Source of the DNA: Lophium mytilinum
Taxonomy: Eukaryota
DNA: 64,000 nucleotides
Assembly: GCA_010093605.1 (NCBI GenBank)
Contig: MU004185.1
Coordinates: forward strand, 1,447,334 to 1,511,333
Direction: 5' to 3'
Numbering within the stretch: the first letter of the stretch is position 1; every line of letters begins with the position of its first letter. This document shows, in pieces, positions 1 to 12,491 of this stretch. The notes below the pieces were generated by a model, which worked only from the letters and a program-made list of their open reading frames with translations, was not told the DNA's origin and searched no databases. The translations under genes and the position numbers were made by a program.

Positions 1-736
1 CTACATTCGCGTTGGACTCATCACAATCTCGATCCTTTGATACACTGACTGATCAGTCATCTGGGACACGGGCACAAAAGGGCATGAGCTTCCAGTCGTC
101 CTACATAAACGCCGAGCTCGATTAGTTCTAGCCTTCCCGGTCGGATCCCGACACAACGCCCTTAATCAAATGAATGAAACACGCACGCGGTGTTTCCAAA
201 CGAAGATCACCTCGCATTCGCAACTATCTCACCTTCTCATTCGACCGTCTCTTGCCAAGCGCTATGTCAATCTTCGAACACGAAGGCGGCTGCGAAAACC
301 ACATCTTTCTCCACTTCATGAGTTTCAAAACTCACCATTCTCGACCTAACCACGCCCACATGCTTTGTCCATATGTTTGTCTGCTCTACTCATCACAAGT
401 TTAACATGGTCTAGGATGCTACCCCGAGTCGCTACCAATGTAGGACCTAGTGTGACATGAGGCTTGCGCTGACCCTGACCCTTCATCGCTACGAGATAAT
501 ATGGAAAATGCGCCTACTTAAACATGCCTTCGCTTTCCCCCACTTGCAACTCCATCTAGTAGTGAGAACGTCTTGAAGACATTTCCACTTCATTCATTCA
601 TTCCTTTTCATCTTCACGTTCATTACATGGCATAGACTGCCAACGCTCTTTTCAAGTCCACTCCCATACCTTCATTACTGTGTCAGCTCAAGACCATTGA
701 ACGCGCCATACACCGACCAAAAGCTTCATATTCATC

Positions 737-2056
737 ATGCATTTCCAAACTCTCCTTCCATTCGTCCTCGCCGGTCTGGCAACCGCTCACACCGTCCCTT
801 GGGTCAAAGGCATGTACTGCATCAACGGAACGTCCCACGAAGACGCCCCCAACACCAACACGGCGGTCAATCCCCTCTACAACCTCGCAAAAGCCGACTG
901 GTGGTTCCAACACGATCGTGGCTGCGACGCATATCCCCCAGACGAAGGCGACATCCTCGAATTACCTGCCGGCGGTTCCTTCGAAGTCCAATTCGCCCAC
1001 AACCGTGCGCAGACCACTCTCTCTTACGACGGCCAATTCACATCTATCTGGCCCGATGGCAAAGAGCACCCCGAGGACTGGTCCGGACCAGGTAACCCAC
1101 CAGAGTGTATCACGGACGGGACTGGAGCTCTACACACGAACAATCAGACCATGGCCGCCGGCTCCGCGTTCGCTATCTCTTACAACTCTGAGCTCTCTGA
1201 CGTGACAAGCGAGAACCTTGTAGTCTTCACCGTGGCTGCTCACACGCCATGGAAACGTCTAGCTTCATTTGATGTCCCCGCTGCGCTGCCTGCTTGTCCT
1301 CCTGGTGGCTGCCACTGCGCCTGGCTCTGGATCCCGAACGGTTGCGGACAACCGAACATGTATATGGCCGGCTATCGATGCAACGTCACTGGCGCTACGT
1401 CTACCACACCCGTTGCGAAGGGGCAAACTCCCGTATATTGTCCCGATGACGCGAGCAAGTGCGTCAAGGGCGCGAAGCAGATGGTCGTATGGAACCAGGC
1501 GGAGGGGAACAATGTTGAACTTGGAGCTTGGGAGTACCCAACGTACAGCGAGAAGATGGGATGGAGCAATGGCGCGCAGAACGATATTTTTGAGGAAGGT
1601 GCTACAGCGCCTTCGGTTGCTTCTGGTCACACTTCGGCTGCTTCTACTCTTGCAGCTGCAAGCTCGGCGCTGGCCTCTGCGGCTACCACTGTTTTGTCTT
1701 CTTCTAGTCCCGTTGCGTCTTCTTTGCCCGCTTTTACGGTCAGCTCATCGACAGCTTCGCCATACTACCCAGTCCCAAGCAACAGCACAAGCGCAGCCTT
1801 TGGGACGACTGGCTACGGCACCGGCCACGGCACGGCACCTGCTGCGAGCTCGACAGTGATTTCTGCCGTCGAGGTTGCCAGCTCCGCGATTGCCTCCGTT
1901 TCTTCCGTGTCCATATCCACAGTGATCTCGACTATTACCGCACAGGCGCCTACCATTACGCACAACCACCATCACCATGCTTCGACGAACGCTGCGGAAC
2001 TTTGCTCCCAAGAAACCATCACGGTTACGAATGTTCAATACGTGACTATTCGCTAA
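737..2056 (+). CDS. Secreted AA14-family lytic polysaccharide monooxygenase with long Ser/Thr/Ala-rich C-terminal extension
   Basis: Signal peptide MHFQTLLPFVLAGLATA is followed directly by His1 (HTVPW). AA14-like blocks: WWFQH, YPP..GD.LELPAG, LHT (second His), LPACPPGGCHCAWLW, NMYM (axial Tyr), GAKQ..W.Q.EGNN, GAQNDIF. Single exon, 439 aa. Confidence 0.85.
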   Translation: MHFQTLLPFVLAGLATAHTVPWVKGMYCINGTSHEDAPNTNTAVNPLYNLAKADWWFQHDRGCDAYPPDEGDILELPAGGSFEVQFAHNRAQTTLSYDGQFTSIWPDGKEHPEDWSGPGNPPECITDGTGALHTNNQTMAAGSAFAISYNSELSDVTSENLVVFTVAAHTPWKRLASFDVPAALPACPPGGCHCAWLWIPNGCGQPNMYMAGYRCNVTGATSTTPVAKGQTPVYCPDDASKCVKGAKQMVVWNQAEGNNVELGAWEYPTYSEKMGWSNGAQNDIFEEGATAPSVASGHTSAASTLAAASSALASAATTVLSSSSPVASSLPAFTVSSSTASPYYPVPSNSTSAAFGTTGYGTGHGTAPAASSTVISAVEVASSAIASVSSVSISTVISTITAQAPTITHNHHHHASTNAAELCSQETITVTNVQYVTIR

Positions 2057-2287
2057 AAGCATCGATGTTCATCCATTTTCGTCACGTTCCGTGGTTCTGA
2101 CTTTTTAAAACCTGTATTTTTACTCTACACTAGAGAACTGGGCTTCGAGCATTGACGGCTCTTCACAATTCTTTCGTCTGTATATATATTATATCACACA
2201 TCATATCTTCTGCCAACTCATATGCTTATATCCATCGTGACTTTCATCATCATCATCATCCTCTGCTTCATCCCTTAACATAAACGC

Positions 2288-3623
2288 TCATAAATCATCA
2301 CAGAAGTCATACATATCCCACCTAGCCTTCCCCAGTTCCGAGCTCCTATCCGTATGCCTCGACGACCCCACCGACTCGAGATCTGACCGACCACTCCCTT
2401 CCCGCACCGCGCTTTCCGAAGACTCGCGCGCAAGTTCAGTATCCGACGCCCCGAAAGTCCCAAAACCAAACCCATCACGCGACAGCCTCCTCGTGGTCAC
2501 GATATTGCACCTCGGCGTCTCTCCAGCAGCACTGACATGCATGAAGCGGTACTGATGCCGCGAGCCCTCTTTAACAACACAAGCCAGCGGCTCCTGAACC
2601 CGCTGATCAGAGTGCAACGGACCAGACCGCCACTCCGGCAACGACACCACCGGCCTCCCCTCACTCCCCCCCGAACTCGAACGCGGCGACCCCGTAAGCA
2701 CCCACTGCATCACCGGCCGCAAACTCGGCAAACACGCCGACACCACCGCGACCGAGCACTCGCAGTTCGTCCAGATCGCGACATTCACAAACGCCCACGT
2801 GACATCGAGGTTATCCGTTGAGTCGGCCGCGAGGTACACAAGCCGTAAGATGGCGATGACGACAACGAAGCCGCCGAGCATGAAGATGGCGGTGATGGCG
2901 AGTTTCTGGGAGAGGGGCCGTTGGATGGTGAAGACGTAGGGCAGGGGGAGGCAGAGGATGGCGACGTCGGTGAGGATGTTGGGGATGGCCGAGGCGATGA
3001 AGAAGGCGTTGTAGTTTATGGTGCAGGTGACGGCGGGACCTTGGGGGGTGGACCAGAAGGAGGAGATGGGGGTGCATTGGAAGATTATAGTGAGGATCTG
3101 GGAGGGGGTTAGGTCATGTGGCTAGCTTCAGGTATGTTCGAGAGGTGTCGGAGAGAGAAGAGGAGAGCGGCTGACTTACGGTGGACAGGCCCCAGCACGC
3201 TGTGATGCCAGTGAGGATCCAGATCGGGATGCGAATCGAGGTGTATTGAAAGATGCGCCAGTAAAATGCAAGCACGGAAAATTTGACGACGCTAATAGCG
3301 GCGATGTAGGTGATCCAGCCCATGAATAAGCCCTTGAAGAACTTCTCGTAAACTCCTGGGATGGCTTCGGGTGGGAAACTGGCAACATGCCTGCCCATTC
3401 CAGCATCGGTCCAGTACTTCGTCTCGATGAGGAGGGCGGTCAAGATGGCTAAAGCTCCAAGAACAAGCCAGTCGTCCACCCAGAATGTGAACTTGACTAA
3501 TCGTCGAGCGAGGAATCGGAGAGCTACGCAGACCACAGCCAGGGCGTATGTGACGCCTACCGCGGCCCATATCTGAGGCTGCCGACTCGCTGAAAAGTCG
3601 ATATGGGAAGTATTGGACGCCAT
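2288..3623 (-). CDS. PTH11-like (rhodopsin-domain) integral membrane protein without CFEM domain, 2 exons
   Basis: Exons 3623-3180 and 3097-2288 (GTAAGT...CAG intron). Family motifs: VALRFLARR..FWVDDWL, GMGRH, KFSVLAFYWRIF, IFQCTPISSFW, NILTDVAILCLPLP, W..CECSVAVVSACLPSLRP. Confidence 0.85.
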
Positions 3624-4736
3624 TGAGGAAGCTAGGAGGGCGATCGAGCCGCCTGAAAGCTTAGGAACAAGCCGAATCGTATATCATGACAGTACCTAGG
3701 TCACTTTCGCCAGAAGTAAAGAGATGGAAATTGGAAATCAAGAGGTTTGATGTGTTACGCCAGACCTGACGCGTCTCTGCAGCACATATAACTGAGCGAG
3801 CCCCACGCTGCCACACCTCCTGCATACTCTAGCCATGTGGGAACGGCAAGCTATCGCCCCAAACACGTCCCTCCCTAGCCCTGAGGTGGCAGACGCAAAG
3901 ACGGAGGAGGCTGAAGCCGCGACCAAGAAGCCGGCCGTGTGAGCGATCGTCGCGGGCGCGAACCGGAGCCGCCTCATGCGAGCGATCGAACGCGGGATAT
4001 ACTCCGTCGGCGACGATGAACACAGGGGTTAGCTCATGGAGAACTCCCTCAATATGCATAAGGCTGATGTCAATGCCGATGCAGGGAGAGTGGTAGTTTG
4101 GGGAGAAGAGGCAAAATGCCGTAGAACACGGGACGAGGCCCGCCGGACGGCTTGTAGCGGGAGGAACGGGTGCCTTTGACCTTCCTGTTGTGGCTAGAGG
4201 GTGCTTTTTAGCAACTTTCTAGCTTTTGATTGGGTGGTCTAGCTCCTATTTCCTGGCCAGTGGTGCGGTGCTTCGGCGTTACATGCTGGATTTGTTTCTG
4301 CGACTATGACGATCTGAAGAAAAAGCATGTAGAGGTCGAGACGTTTCTCTTTTGTGGATTGTCAGCCGAGAATGCCTCGAAATCGGAGCATCCTGTGTCG
4401 GGAACTGTATGGAATTCTCGCTAGCTATGTGTCTAACGGCTGTCGGAATTCCCGCGCAGGTTTTCCGGTTGATGCAACCCGAGCCGAACGTAAGGTTTTA
4501 CCTTGAAGGAAGAGGTATCTCATATACCAGGTTTTTAGATGAGAGACAGATTTGTAGATGCTTATGTTAGAGGTCTACGTCTCATTCGTAAATTGGTTGA
4601 AGAATGATTGTGAAGTGAGAAACGAGTGGGGGAGATGTGATCAGCCCAGGAAGCAGCGCTATTGCGGAGCAGAAGTGCGAGAAGGACTTTAACATAGTGT
4701 ATAATCGCTGCAGGTATCATTGAACATACAACTAGC

Positions 4737-5239
4737 TCATCTTGAGAAACTGCCAACTCGTTCATACGTTGTTATTTCCATGTTGTCCACCCACTGTGCC
4801 GGGAGCCCTTCTTTCATACTGAGCACGTATGGTTCCCGAAGAAAGGTGTTAATAGCCTCCTGGTTCTTGAAACTTGTACAAATTAGACAGAGTAGTTATA
4901 ACGGAACTAATCGGCAACATCGAAGAGTTTCAACTTACGCCATGTACATAACAAGCTGTTCGCCGTCTTCGTCATACATCAGCTCGGCGCTGAGACAGTC
5001 GGGATATTTCTCGGTCGTTGTATTCATGAACTTCAGAATCTCTTCCTTCACCTGTATTGGTCCGTTAGCGTGTCCTAATCCCCAAGAGACCCAAGCTGGT
5101 TGCTCCTATATCGATCTGGATGCTGGTGCATATCAAGAAGACCCTAGATCCCTGGAAGCGGCAGGGGTGAAGATCTTGGCCTTACAAAATCTATCTTGCC
5201 CTCCTTCGGGGTGATCGTGTTCAGTAAGGAGATGGCCAT
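4737..5239 (-). CDS. Small ABM-like (antibiotic biosynthesis monooxygenase / dimeric alpha-beta barrel) protein, 3 exons, 100 aa
   Basis: Exons 5239-5186, 5051-4939 and 4872-4737 splice in frame (GTAAGG..CTAAC..CAG; GTAAGT..CTAAT..AAG). Product: MAISLLNTITPKEGKIDFVKEEILKFMNTTTEKYPDCLSAELMYDEDGEQLVMYMAFKNQEAINTFLREPYVLSMKEGLPAQWVDNMEITTYERVGSFSR. Its length, PK.GK start and G.F.R end resemble fungal ABM proteins. Confidence 0.7.
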
Positions 5240-5861
5240 GCTCGACGCTGAGATGATTCGGTTTGTTGGAAATCTTAAAAGTAAGCTCTGTAGGATTTTG
5301 CATCGCGGCATCTTTTGTGAAATCACCCCCTCTTTATTCTACCGGGTTCCCCGCTTGACCCCAGGCGTTCGCTAGGAAAGAGAGCAGATTTTCACTGGGA
5401 TCCCTAATATAATCGAGATCGACCGACTCATCGGAGCAAAACACATCTCTCTCATCTCTTCAACCTCTAATCAAGTTTTCAAGAATAGAAAGAGTCGTTG
5501 CGCCTAGGAGTTGTGCCAGAATGTTAAAAGGTGTAGTCAAGCCACGTTTATCCTGACTCCAGCGCCACAGTCCGCTAAATCCTGTCGCTAAGACCTCCCT
5601 CCTTCAACTCCGAAACCCAACGCACATACAGTGACAGGCCACAAGTCTGGGCACACTAACTCGATACTGCTTGGGGTTCCCCACAGGATTTCGAAGATCC
5701 AAGGGTGAGGTTGAGGTTTAAGCAATGTAAATTGGACTACCTCTTGACTTATTAGCGGCTCAGCAGCCAGGCTATCCACATTAGTGCTGTCGAGTGAGCA
5801 AGTTGGAGCCAAGGTGTAATGATTCTATGTGCCTAGACTTATGGCTTAGTACTGTATTATA

Positions 5862-6776
5862 CTAGTTCCCTACAAACTTAATTGACACTCCGTCGACAAT
5901 ACTTGCCCGCAACTGTTCCCGCGCCATTTCAGTCCACTCCACCACTAAGTTGGAAGTTTGACTAGCTTGCTGGCGATCGACGTCTATCGCACGAAGGACT
6001 TCACAGTAGACTCTGATAACTTTTAAGCCAGATAGCTGGCTTAAGGGCGCTAAATCAGGACGATAATAAGGTCGCGATATAGAGGTTGGGTGATGTGAGG
6101 TAAGGTTCAGCTAAAGGCGTTGAAGGACCCGCTTCTGCGCGAGAAGCCGTCGGGATAGCTAAAGCTTCGTGGTACTCCATGTGTTGAAGGAGAACTGATT
6201 TAAAGCGTAGGGCATGTGCCATGACTCATCATATACCCTTCTATAGATTCTCTGTCCGTTTGTAAAGCGCAGTCTACTGACCTTGAACACCCAATTGCGG
6301 AAGTGAAGTCGACCCGTTTCTATTGCTCTAATGTTCCCAACTCTGCAGAAGCTATTGGCGTTGTCTGGATCTGGGTAAACGTAGTGGTATAGTTTGTTAC
6401 CTTTGGTAGCAATAGCGGCATCTTCAGGCAGTTGCAGGTACTGAGGTAGCTTCTTCTGAGCAGGAAACGCCTACGATCCCACTTCTCCTACCAGCTCCGA
6501 GGCTGTAATGTGAATATGGTGTCCACCAAAAGCGAACTTCTATATCAGTATTCGTACTTCCTTTGGTAGCCTTAGCAGTGGCGATTTAACGTTATTCTGC
6601 CTAGCGCTATGGCCCATAGTCAGCAAAAGACTTATGCCGAGTGAAGAGTCATAAGAGGAGGCTTATAGTATTATTTGGTTATCCTTGTCTGGAGTATTTA
6701 GATTTACAAGCCTGTTTCTATGGCGCCTCACGGGTGGAAAGACGACTCTTTGTTGTTCGGGTCTTTTAGGTGCTAT
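5862..6776 (-). pseudogene. RIP-mutated tandem paralog of the F-box-like gene at 7487-8422
   Basis: Collinear with its neighbour and free of frameshifts (VFPP..HRNRLVNLN.P, SPLLRLP.E.R, HIHIT, YDE.W..PYALNQFSF, LSGLKV..VYC.VLR, IKF..N*). Start ATG>ATA at 6776, splice donor GT>AT at 6666, in-frame TAG at 6540, 6471, 6159 and 6111. Confidence 0.85.
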
Positions 6777-7486
6777 TGTTGAATCTGAACTGGTTAGAAG
6801 AGCACTTATGCACTGGTAAGGTACCTATAAAGCGAAGAAAAGGTTTGCTATAAACTAAGCAGATGACTTGTGAGTATGTCAGAAATCTCTGGAGCCCTTC
6901 TAATCATGAAAACCAGCAGCTTTCTTCGCCTTCTTTATCTGTCTAGAGGTTATTTGTTGGCTAGCGTGACTTCCATCAGTCCCTCTGATTCTCCTTCTTT
7001 TGATTTCTATTGTTCGACTTTGGTTTATATGATTACATGTACTACAAGTTATTTAAAGGTTTAGGAAAGCATGGAAGCAGTCTCACCAAGAGTATTAAAA
7101 TTTTGGCAAACTGCTAACCTAGTGGGTGATTGCTATATGAGACTTGGAAATATTGATTAATGGAAGTAAATAGAGATAGTGAAAGAGTGCTAAGCCCAAT
7201 GACTTCGTGCAGTCAGTATTCGCAAGTCAAATCTGAAACTTTTGAAACCCGCCGTAGTTCACGTTGTAGCGTGGTGATGTCTGGGCCGAGAGAAGGTCCG
7301 TAGCATATCTGTGCATGTGTCTTTGAAAGTAGTGAGGGGAAAGGGAAGCTTCCGTGAGAACTGGGCAATCGCAGTCGCTTCGGTTCTATCGAGAAGACGT
7401 CAAATGATAAGGGTCCGTTTCCTAGGCTGCAGACTATCATCGCTTTCTCGGTTTTGAAGGGGCGTTGGAGCAGTGCGTTCAGACTC

Positions 7487-8422
7487 CTAATTCTCCAAAA
7501 ACTTGATGTCGCAGCCCTTTGGAAGATATTTGTCCAGCACTTCCATGGCCCGGACCGTTTCGCTGTCCAACCACCCATTATATACTCCCTTAGCTTGCCA
7601 GTTTTCATCATCCAAACGAAGGACCTTACAGTAGACCTTCACGACCTTCAGGCCACTGAGCCCTCGTGTCCAGCTCACTGAGAAATGACTGCGATGGAAT
7701 AGATCTAACCAGAGACGTTCAATAGCACACTTCTGGATAGCGCTTCGCTGCTTCAGCCACTCGAAAAGAACCACGGATGAACGGAAGGAGAACTGGTTCA
7801 ACGCATATGGGTAGCTCCAGGTCTCATCGTATATTTGGCGGCAAGTGCGCTGGACGTTAGTGATATGCAGGTTGGTGGCGTAAAACCGGCAGTAATGGCC
7901 CGGTTCTTCAACTCCGCAGAAGCTCTCATGATTCTCCGGGTGAGGGTAGGCAGAGTTGAAGAACTTGATAGAAGTTCCCGGCAAACTCGTCTTGGTGATG
8001 TGTATATGATTTCCACCGCAGGCATACTTCCAGATCATTCCACGAATCTCCATCGGCAAACGCAGCAGTGGGGACTCGACTGAATTCCGCTTGGCACTGA
8101 AGGAAAGGTCAGTCTTGTGAATGAACCCTGAATGGACGTCTCCAAGGCAGCACTTCTGATCGCACATACGATGCATCCGTATGTTCTGGGAACTCATTGA
8201 ATACTAAAGATAGCGGTATATGGTTATGACAGCTGAGACCAACATGAAAAGTGAGATTTCGACTTACATGATCATTCGGGCGTCATTCTTAGGAGCATTG
8301 AGGTTGACAAGCCTGTTCCGGTGAAGCTTCAACGGCGGGAAGACGTTCTTCTGGGCCCTGCCCTTTGCCGCACTAAGCGACGACTCGGGCGCAGGTAACG
8401 GCTTGGGCTGCGAGGGCGCCAT
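7487..8422 (-). CDS. Fungal F-box-like (SPLLRLPxEIR; DUF7730-like) hypothetical protein, about 254 aa
   Basis: Exon 1 8422-8268 (MAPSQPK...), phase-2 intron GTAAGT...CTGAC...CAG, exon 2 8096-7487 containing SPLLRLPMEIRGMIW and TCRQIYDE...Y..NQFSF. The intron position is shared with the adjacent pseudogene. Confidence 0.7.
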
Positions 8423-9195
8423 TGGGAGACTCGGAAGTTGTTGTGAAGGTCTGTAGATAGACTTCCGCGACTGCAAGAGATGCAAGTGTTGAAGGTTGCG
8501 TGGGCGGGGGTGGAACGAGGAGGGTGGCCAGCGTTGGACCTTCCTTAAGGGTGAGGGAGGGTTTAAATACTCTCTCAGAGAATAAAGACTGGGCCCTTCG
8601 AGGATTGAGATGAGGTGAGGAGCTATCCGTGTTCATGGCCTGTCATTGCTTACGACAACGTGGCGAGGTATCAGGATAGTCAGAATGACACAGCTCCGAT
8701 TCTTCAAACCCCAGAAGTAAAGTCGGAATACGTCCCGAAATACTTCGTATTTTGCTGGCGTAAATCAAAACGTGCAGGGCGCGAGAACCACAAACTGCCC
8801 TAGAATGGCCACAAAGTGACAAGAGTGAATTGAGTTGGGAGGGGGGAAAAGAGAGATTGATGAATTTGAGTTGCAAGGGATCAGAATCAACGTGGAGAAA
8901 GGTAGTCTGCGCTAAGCACCACGTGATAGGTTCATTAGGTTATCGTTTTATTAGGATAACTATCACAGGGAAACAGAGTGCATGCACAAGAGGATAATAG
9001 AAGACCGTCATGTATTCCTTAAGAACGTTAAAACCATTGCGACAAGACCGAAGCTGGGAATAGACAACGTCCTTTACATCGTGACCCCCTACTCAAAATT
9101 AACATCCACCGCATACCTTTCCGCACGGATATCAAATCCTCCACATAACTCAAAAGTCTGTAGCTCTAATAAGCAGACGTCACCACACTTCCTCC

Positions 9196-10994
9196 CTAGA
9201 CATTAAACTTCCACCGTGGATGCCTGTCCCCACGATGCTTTTCGACATCATTATTCAAGAAACCCGCGGTATTCGGATTCTGCTCCACATGTAGCTCCTT
9301 GGCCTTATTCTGCTTCTTCAGCACAAGCCACAGAATACTCACAACCACAATGTTCAGGCACAAGTACCCCAACGCAAAAGAATGCCCTAGGAGATATCGT
9401 GGCGCGGTGTTAGGGCGATAAAGCTGGGTCCCCAGCACAGCACCTAGGTTGCCGATAGAGATTTGCATGGCGTTGGCAGTTGCGCGCTTTGTTTGACCGG
9501 AGACGTTGTTGGCGGGCCAGGAGAGCGCGAGTGCGACGGAGGGATAGATGCCTGCAGCCGCGAAGAAGACGCCAGTGTAGGATACGCCGGGGCGCTTCGT
9601 AGGGGACTCGTTGGTGATGAGGATGATGTAACCGATAATTGCAAGTGTCGAGGAGGCGATGATCCAGGGGGCTCTGCGGCCGCTCTTTTCGGAAAGAATG
9701 GCCCACGCGATGGTGAGAATTGTAGCGAGAGCGTACGGTGGAATGGTTAGGAGTTGAGAATGGGCAGCGGTGTAGCCCATGTCTTTGATGATTGTGGGCT
9801 GGTAGGTCGTGTTAGGAGGACCCAGAAGCTTGGTGGGAGCGACTTACCAGAAAAAGAGATAGTGTGTAAAGGGGCAAACTCAGCGTATGGAAAGTTAGGC
9901 CATACAGCCAGACCTTCACGTCTTTTACCGCAAGCCACACTTCTGACCAGCGGAACGCTTCATCTTCAGTCGCGTCAGAGTCCGCCTTCAAGCGGGCGTG
10001 AATAAACTTTCTCTCATCATCAGAAAGCCATTTGGTGGTTGACGGATAGTTCGTGATGAAGAAATAGGCACTGGCAGAAACGACAATAGTTAAAAGTCCT
10101 TCCTGAATGGCGTTAGTCTTATGCTGCTGTTCAAACATTTACTAGGCCTACCAAAATGAAGATCCATCTCCAACCTTTGTAGCCGCCGACTCCCCTCATT
10201 TGAGAGATACCATACGCAAGAATGCCTCCGAATGCACCAGCTAGCGAGGCTGCACTAAAGAAGAGGGAGATTCGGTACTGTCTCTCCGTGCGCTTGTACC
10301 ACATGGAGAGATAGAACACGACGCCAGGAAAGAGGCCACTCTCAGCAACACCAAGGCTTTTAAGGTCAGTATATGTCAACTCAAGCGGCCATTAGTATGT
10401 ACATACAAGAATCGCACTGCGAAGAATCCAGATAAGTTCTGTGTGACGCCCATGAGTGTTGCTATAATTCCCCAGACTAGAGTCAGGGTAGGAAGCCAGA
10501 ACCTCGGTGTTGTGCGCTTGAGGACAATGTTGCAAGGTACCTGGGATGATCAATTGGGGACATTAAATGACAATAAAATCAATAACTTACCTCGAAGAGA
10601 ACATAACCAATGAAGTACAGGGTGAGACCAGTGAGATATTGGTTGCCAGCTTGAGAAAGATTAATATTGACGAGGAGTGTTTGGAGGGCGTGAAAGACAT
10701 ACTCATGCCCAGATCTGTCGTCAAGCCCTCCAGCCTCGCGTTGGCAACTGCGCAAAGGTCAGCACGCTAGTGATAAAGGCCTGTCCAAGGAAGCTTACCA
10801 TTACTGCGGTCAAGGAAAGACAGCAAGTACAGAACTGATACCGCAGGAAGCAATCTGATATCGAGCTTCCTCAGAAGTGCCCTCTCATTGACAGTAGCGC
10901 TATGCACACCCTCAATCCCATCGGAATCTGAATAGCCGTCAGAGGCGCCAGGCCTGGGCGTAGTGCCATCTAGCTCAGCCTTTTCCGAGGCCAT
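9196..10994 (-). CDS. MFS transporter, anion:cation symporter (DAL5/TNA1-like), multi-exon
   Basis: ERALLRKLDIRLLP..LYLLSFLDRSN, GVAESGLFPGVVFYLSMWY, SLAGAFGGILAYGI, GWRWIFILEG, QLLTIPPY, W.ANN..GQTKRA. The ORF fragments are joined by GT-AG introns. Confidence 0.9.
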
Positions 10995-12491
10995 GGTTCG
11001 TGTGAGATGTCGGAAAATTTAGATGGGATTTAGGCACAACCTATACATATACTAGAAAACGTAGAGAAGGAAGATGAATAATGATGCAATCGAGCCAACG
11101 AAATGATAATCAGCCATTGGGAGCAGATAGAGGGCAGCATTGGACTGGCTCTCGACCCGTTCCGCGTCGGCATTTGATGATGGTGATGCTGGCTTCATCG
11201 CGAATGTGGTGGGCCAAATGTCGTGATCAGAGATCTGCACCGACTTGCTGGTTCGGTACAGATGGGGAAAACAATGCTGTCTCTGATTCGCTTTGTTTAA
11301 CTCCGATCGTACAGGGTATACATTTCATTCGTCAGTCTTTGGTAATATTGGCATGCATCTCCGGTGGGCTACTTTGGACGCCAGAGGCGAGATAGGCGTT
11401 CCAGGAAGGAGACATTCTCACAATGCGGAGAGACAAGCTACTTTTAGCTCGACGCCCGGTGGATATGAGCGCGCGGGGCGAGAGCTCCCCGCGGGCCTGG
11501 GCTGGCGATTTAGATGCGTAGCGGCGATGAGGTGCGATGGACGAAGACTGTGAGGCTACGCGTGGGATGAAGGAGGCTTTGATCACCTGCTTCCCAATAA
11601 TATCAGCACCACAGCACAGAAAGTAAGAAGAGATTGTACGTCATGCACAGTCAAGGCTTCCCATCGTTCACATTTCACACCAAGAAATTGACAGCTCGCC
11701 GCCTTCGATAAGTGTCCTGTTTGATCACGTGACTGGATTCACACGAAAACTTTGGCATTGCTCCAGCCATCCCATCTACACTCCACCCAACCTCCTCAAC
11801 CATCTTGAAAGTCCATATACACAAATTACGCCCAATATCATGGGCCTATTTCCATGTCGCCTGTAGTCTTAGTGTTTCCTGTCCCACAGCTTTAGTCTTG
11901 TTCTTGCAAAGTCGCATTCTACGCCCCTTTTTCTTCCTATCCATGTTCATCGTAAACTCCCCAATCGCAGGCTCATGTTTCCCTTCCTTTGAGCAGGAAT
12001 GTACGCTGCAGAACACTCAAACCGAGTCATGGGATAACAGCGACGATAAGTAGAGCAGCGAGTATATCGGGCGGGTTAGTCCATGGCTGAGGTGAGATTC
12101 GCGACGAAAGTGCCTTGTAAAGCATATTCCACGGACGAGCTCGTCGGGGTCGAGCAAAGCGTTCGTGTTAGGAATATCTAACGAGTAGCTAGAACGACTC
12201 ATATTTGTAATCAGGTTCATTACTTAGGATCTCCAACAGTAAAGTGATGCAGAGAGAGGGAGTTTTCGCAGCTGTTTGCTTAGTCATCTTGATGCTCCTC
12301 TACACCGGCGCACACTATCGCGACATTCCGGCTTTGGTCCCCGACCTCCGACGTCACAGTATGTAAGCCTTTCCGTCAGACGTGGAAAGTAGCGGGATGA
12401 GTCAATCGCCTGAATGGATGTTATATCACTTGTCCAATTCTCGTCAGCTCATAATGTTGCACCATTTTTTCATCCCTAGTAGCCAGTTACT

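Noticed and set aside
8164..8203. Possible micro-exon inside the 171-nt intron of the F-box-like gene
   Set aside because: It has acceptor- and donor-like sites, but inclusion gives an immediate in-frame TGA. The pseudogene paralog has a single intron at this position.
11805..12220. Possible small minus-strand gene or relic upstream of the hydrolase
   Set aside because: No recognisable domain and no convincing in-frame splice model.
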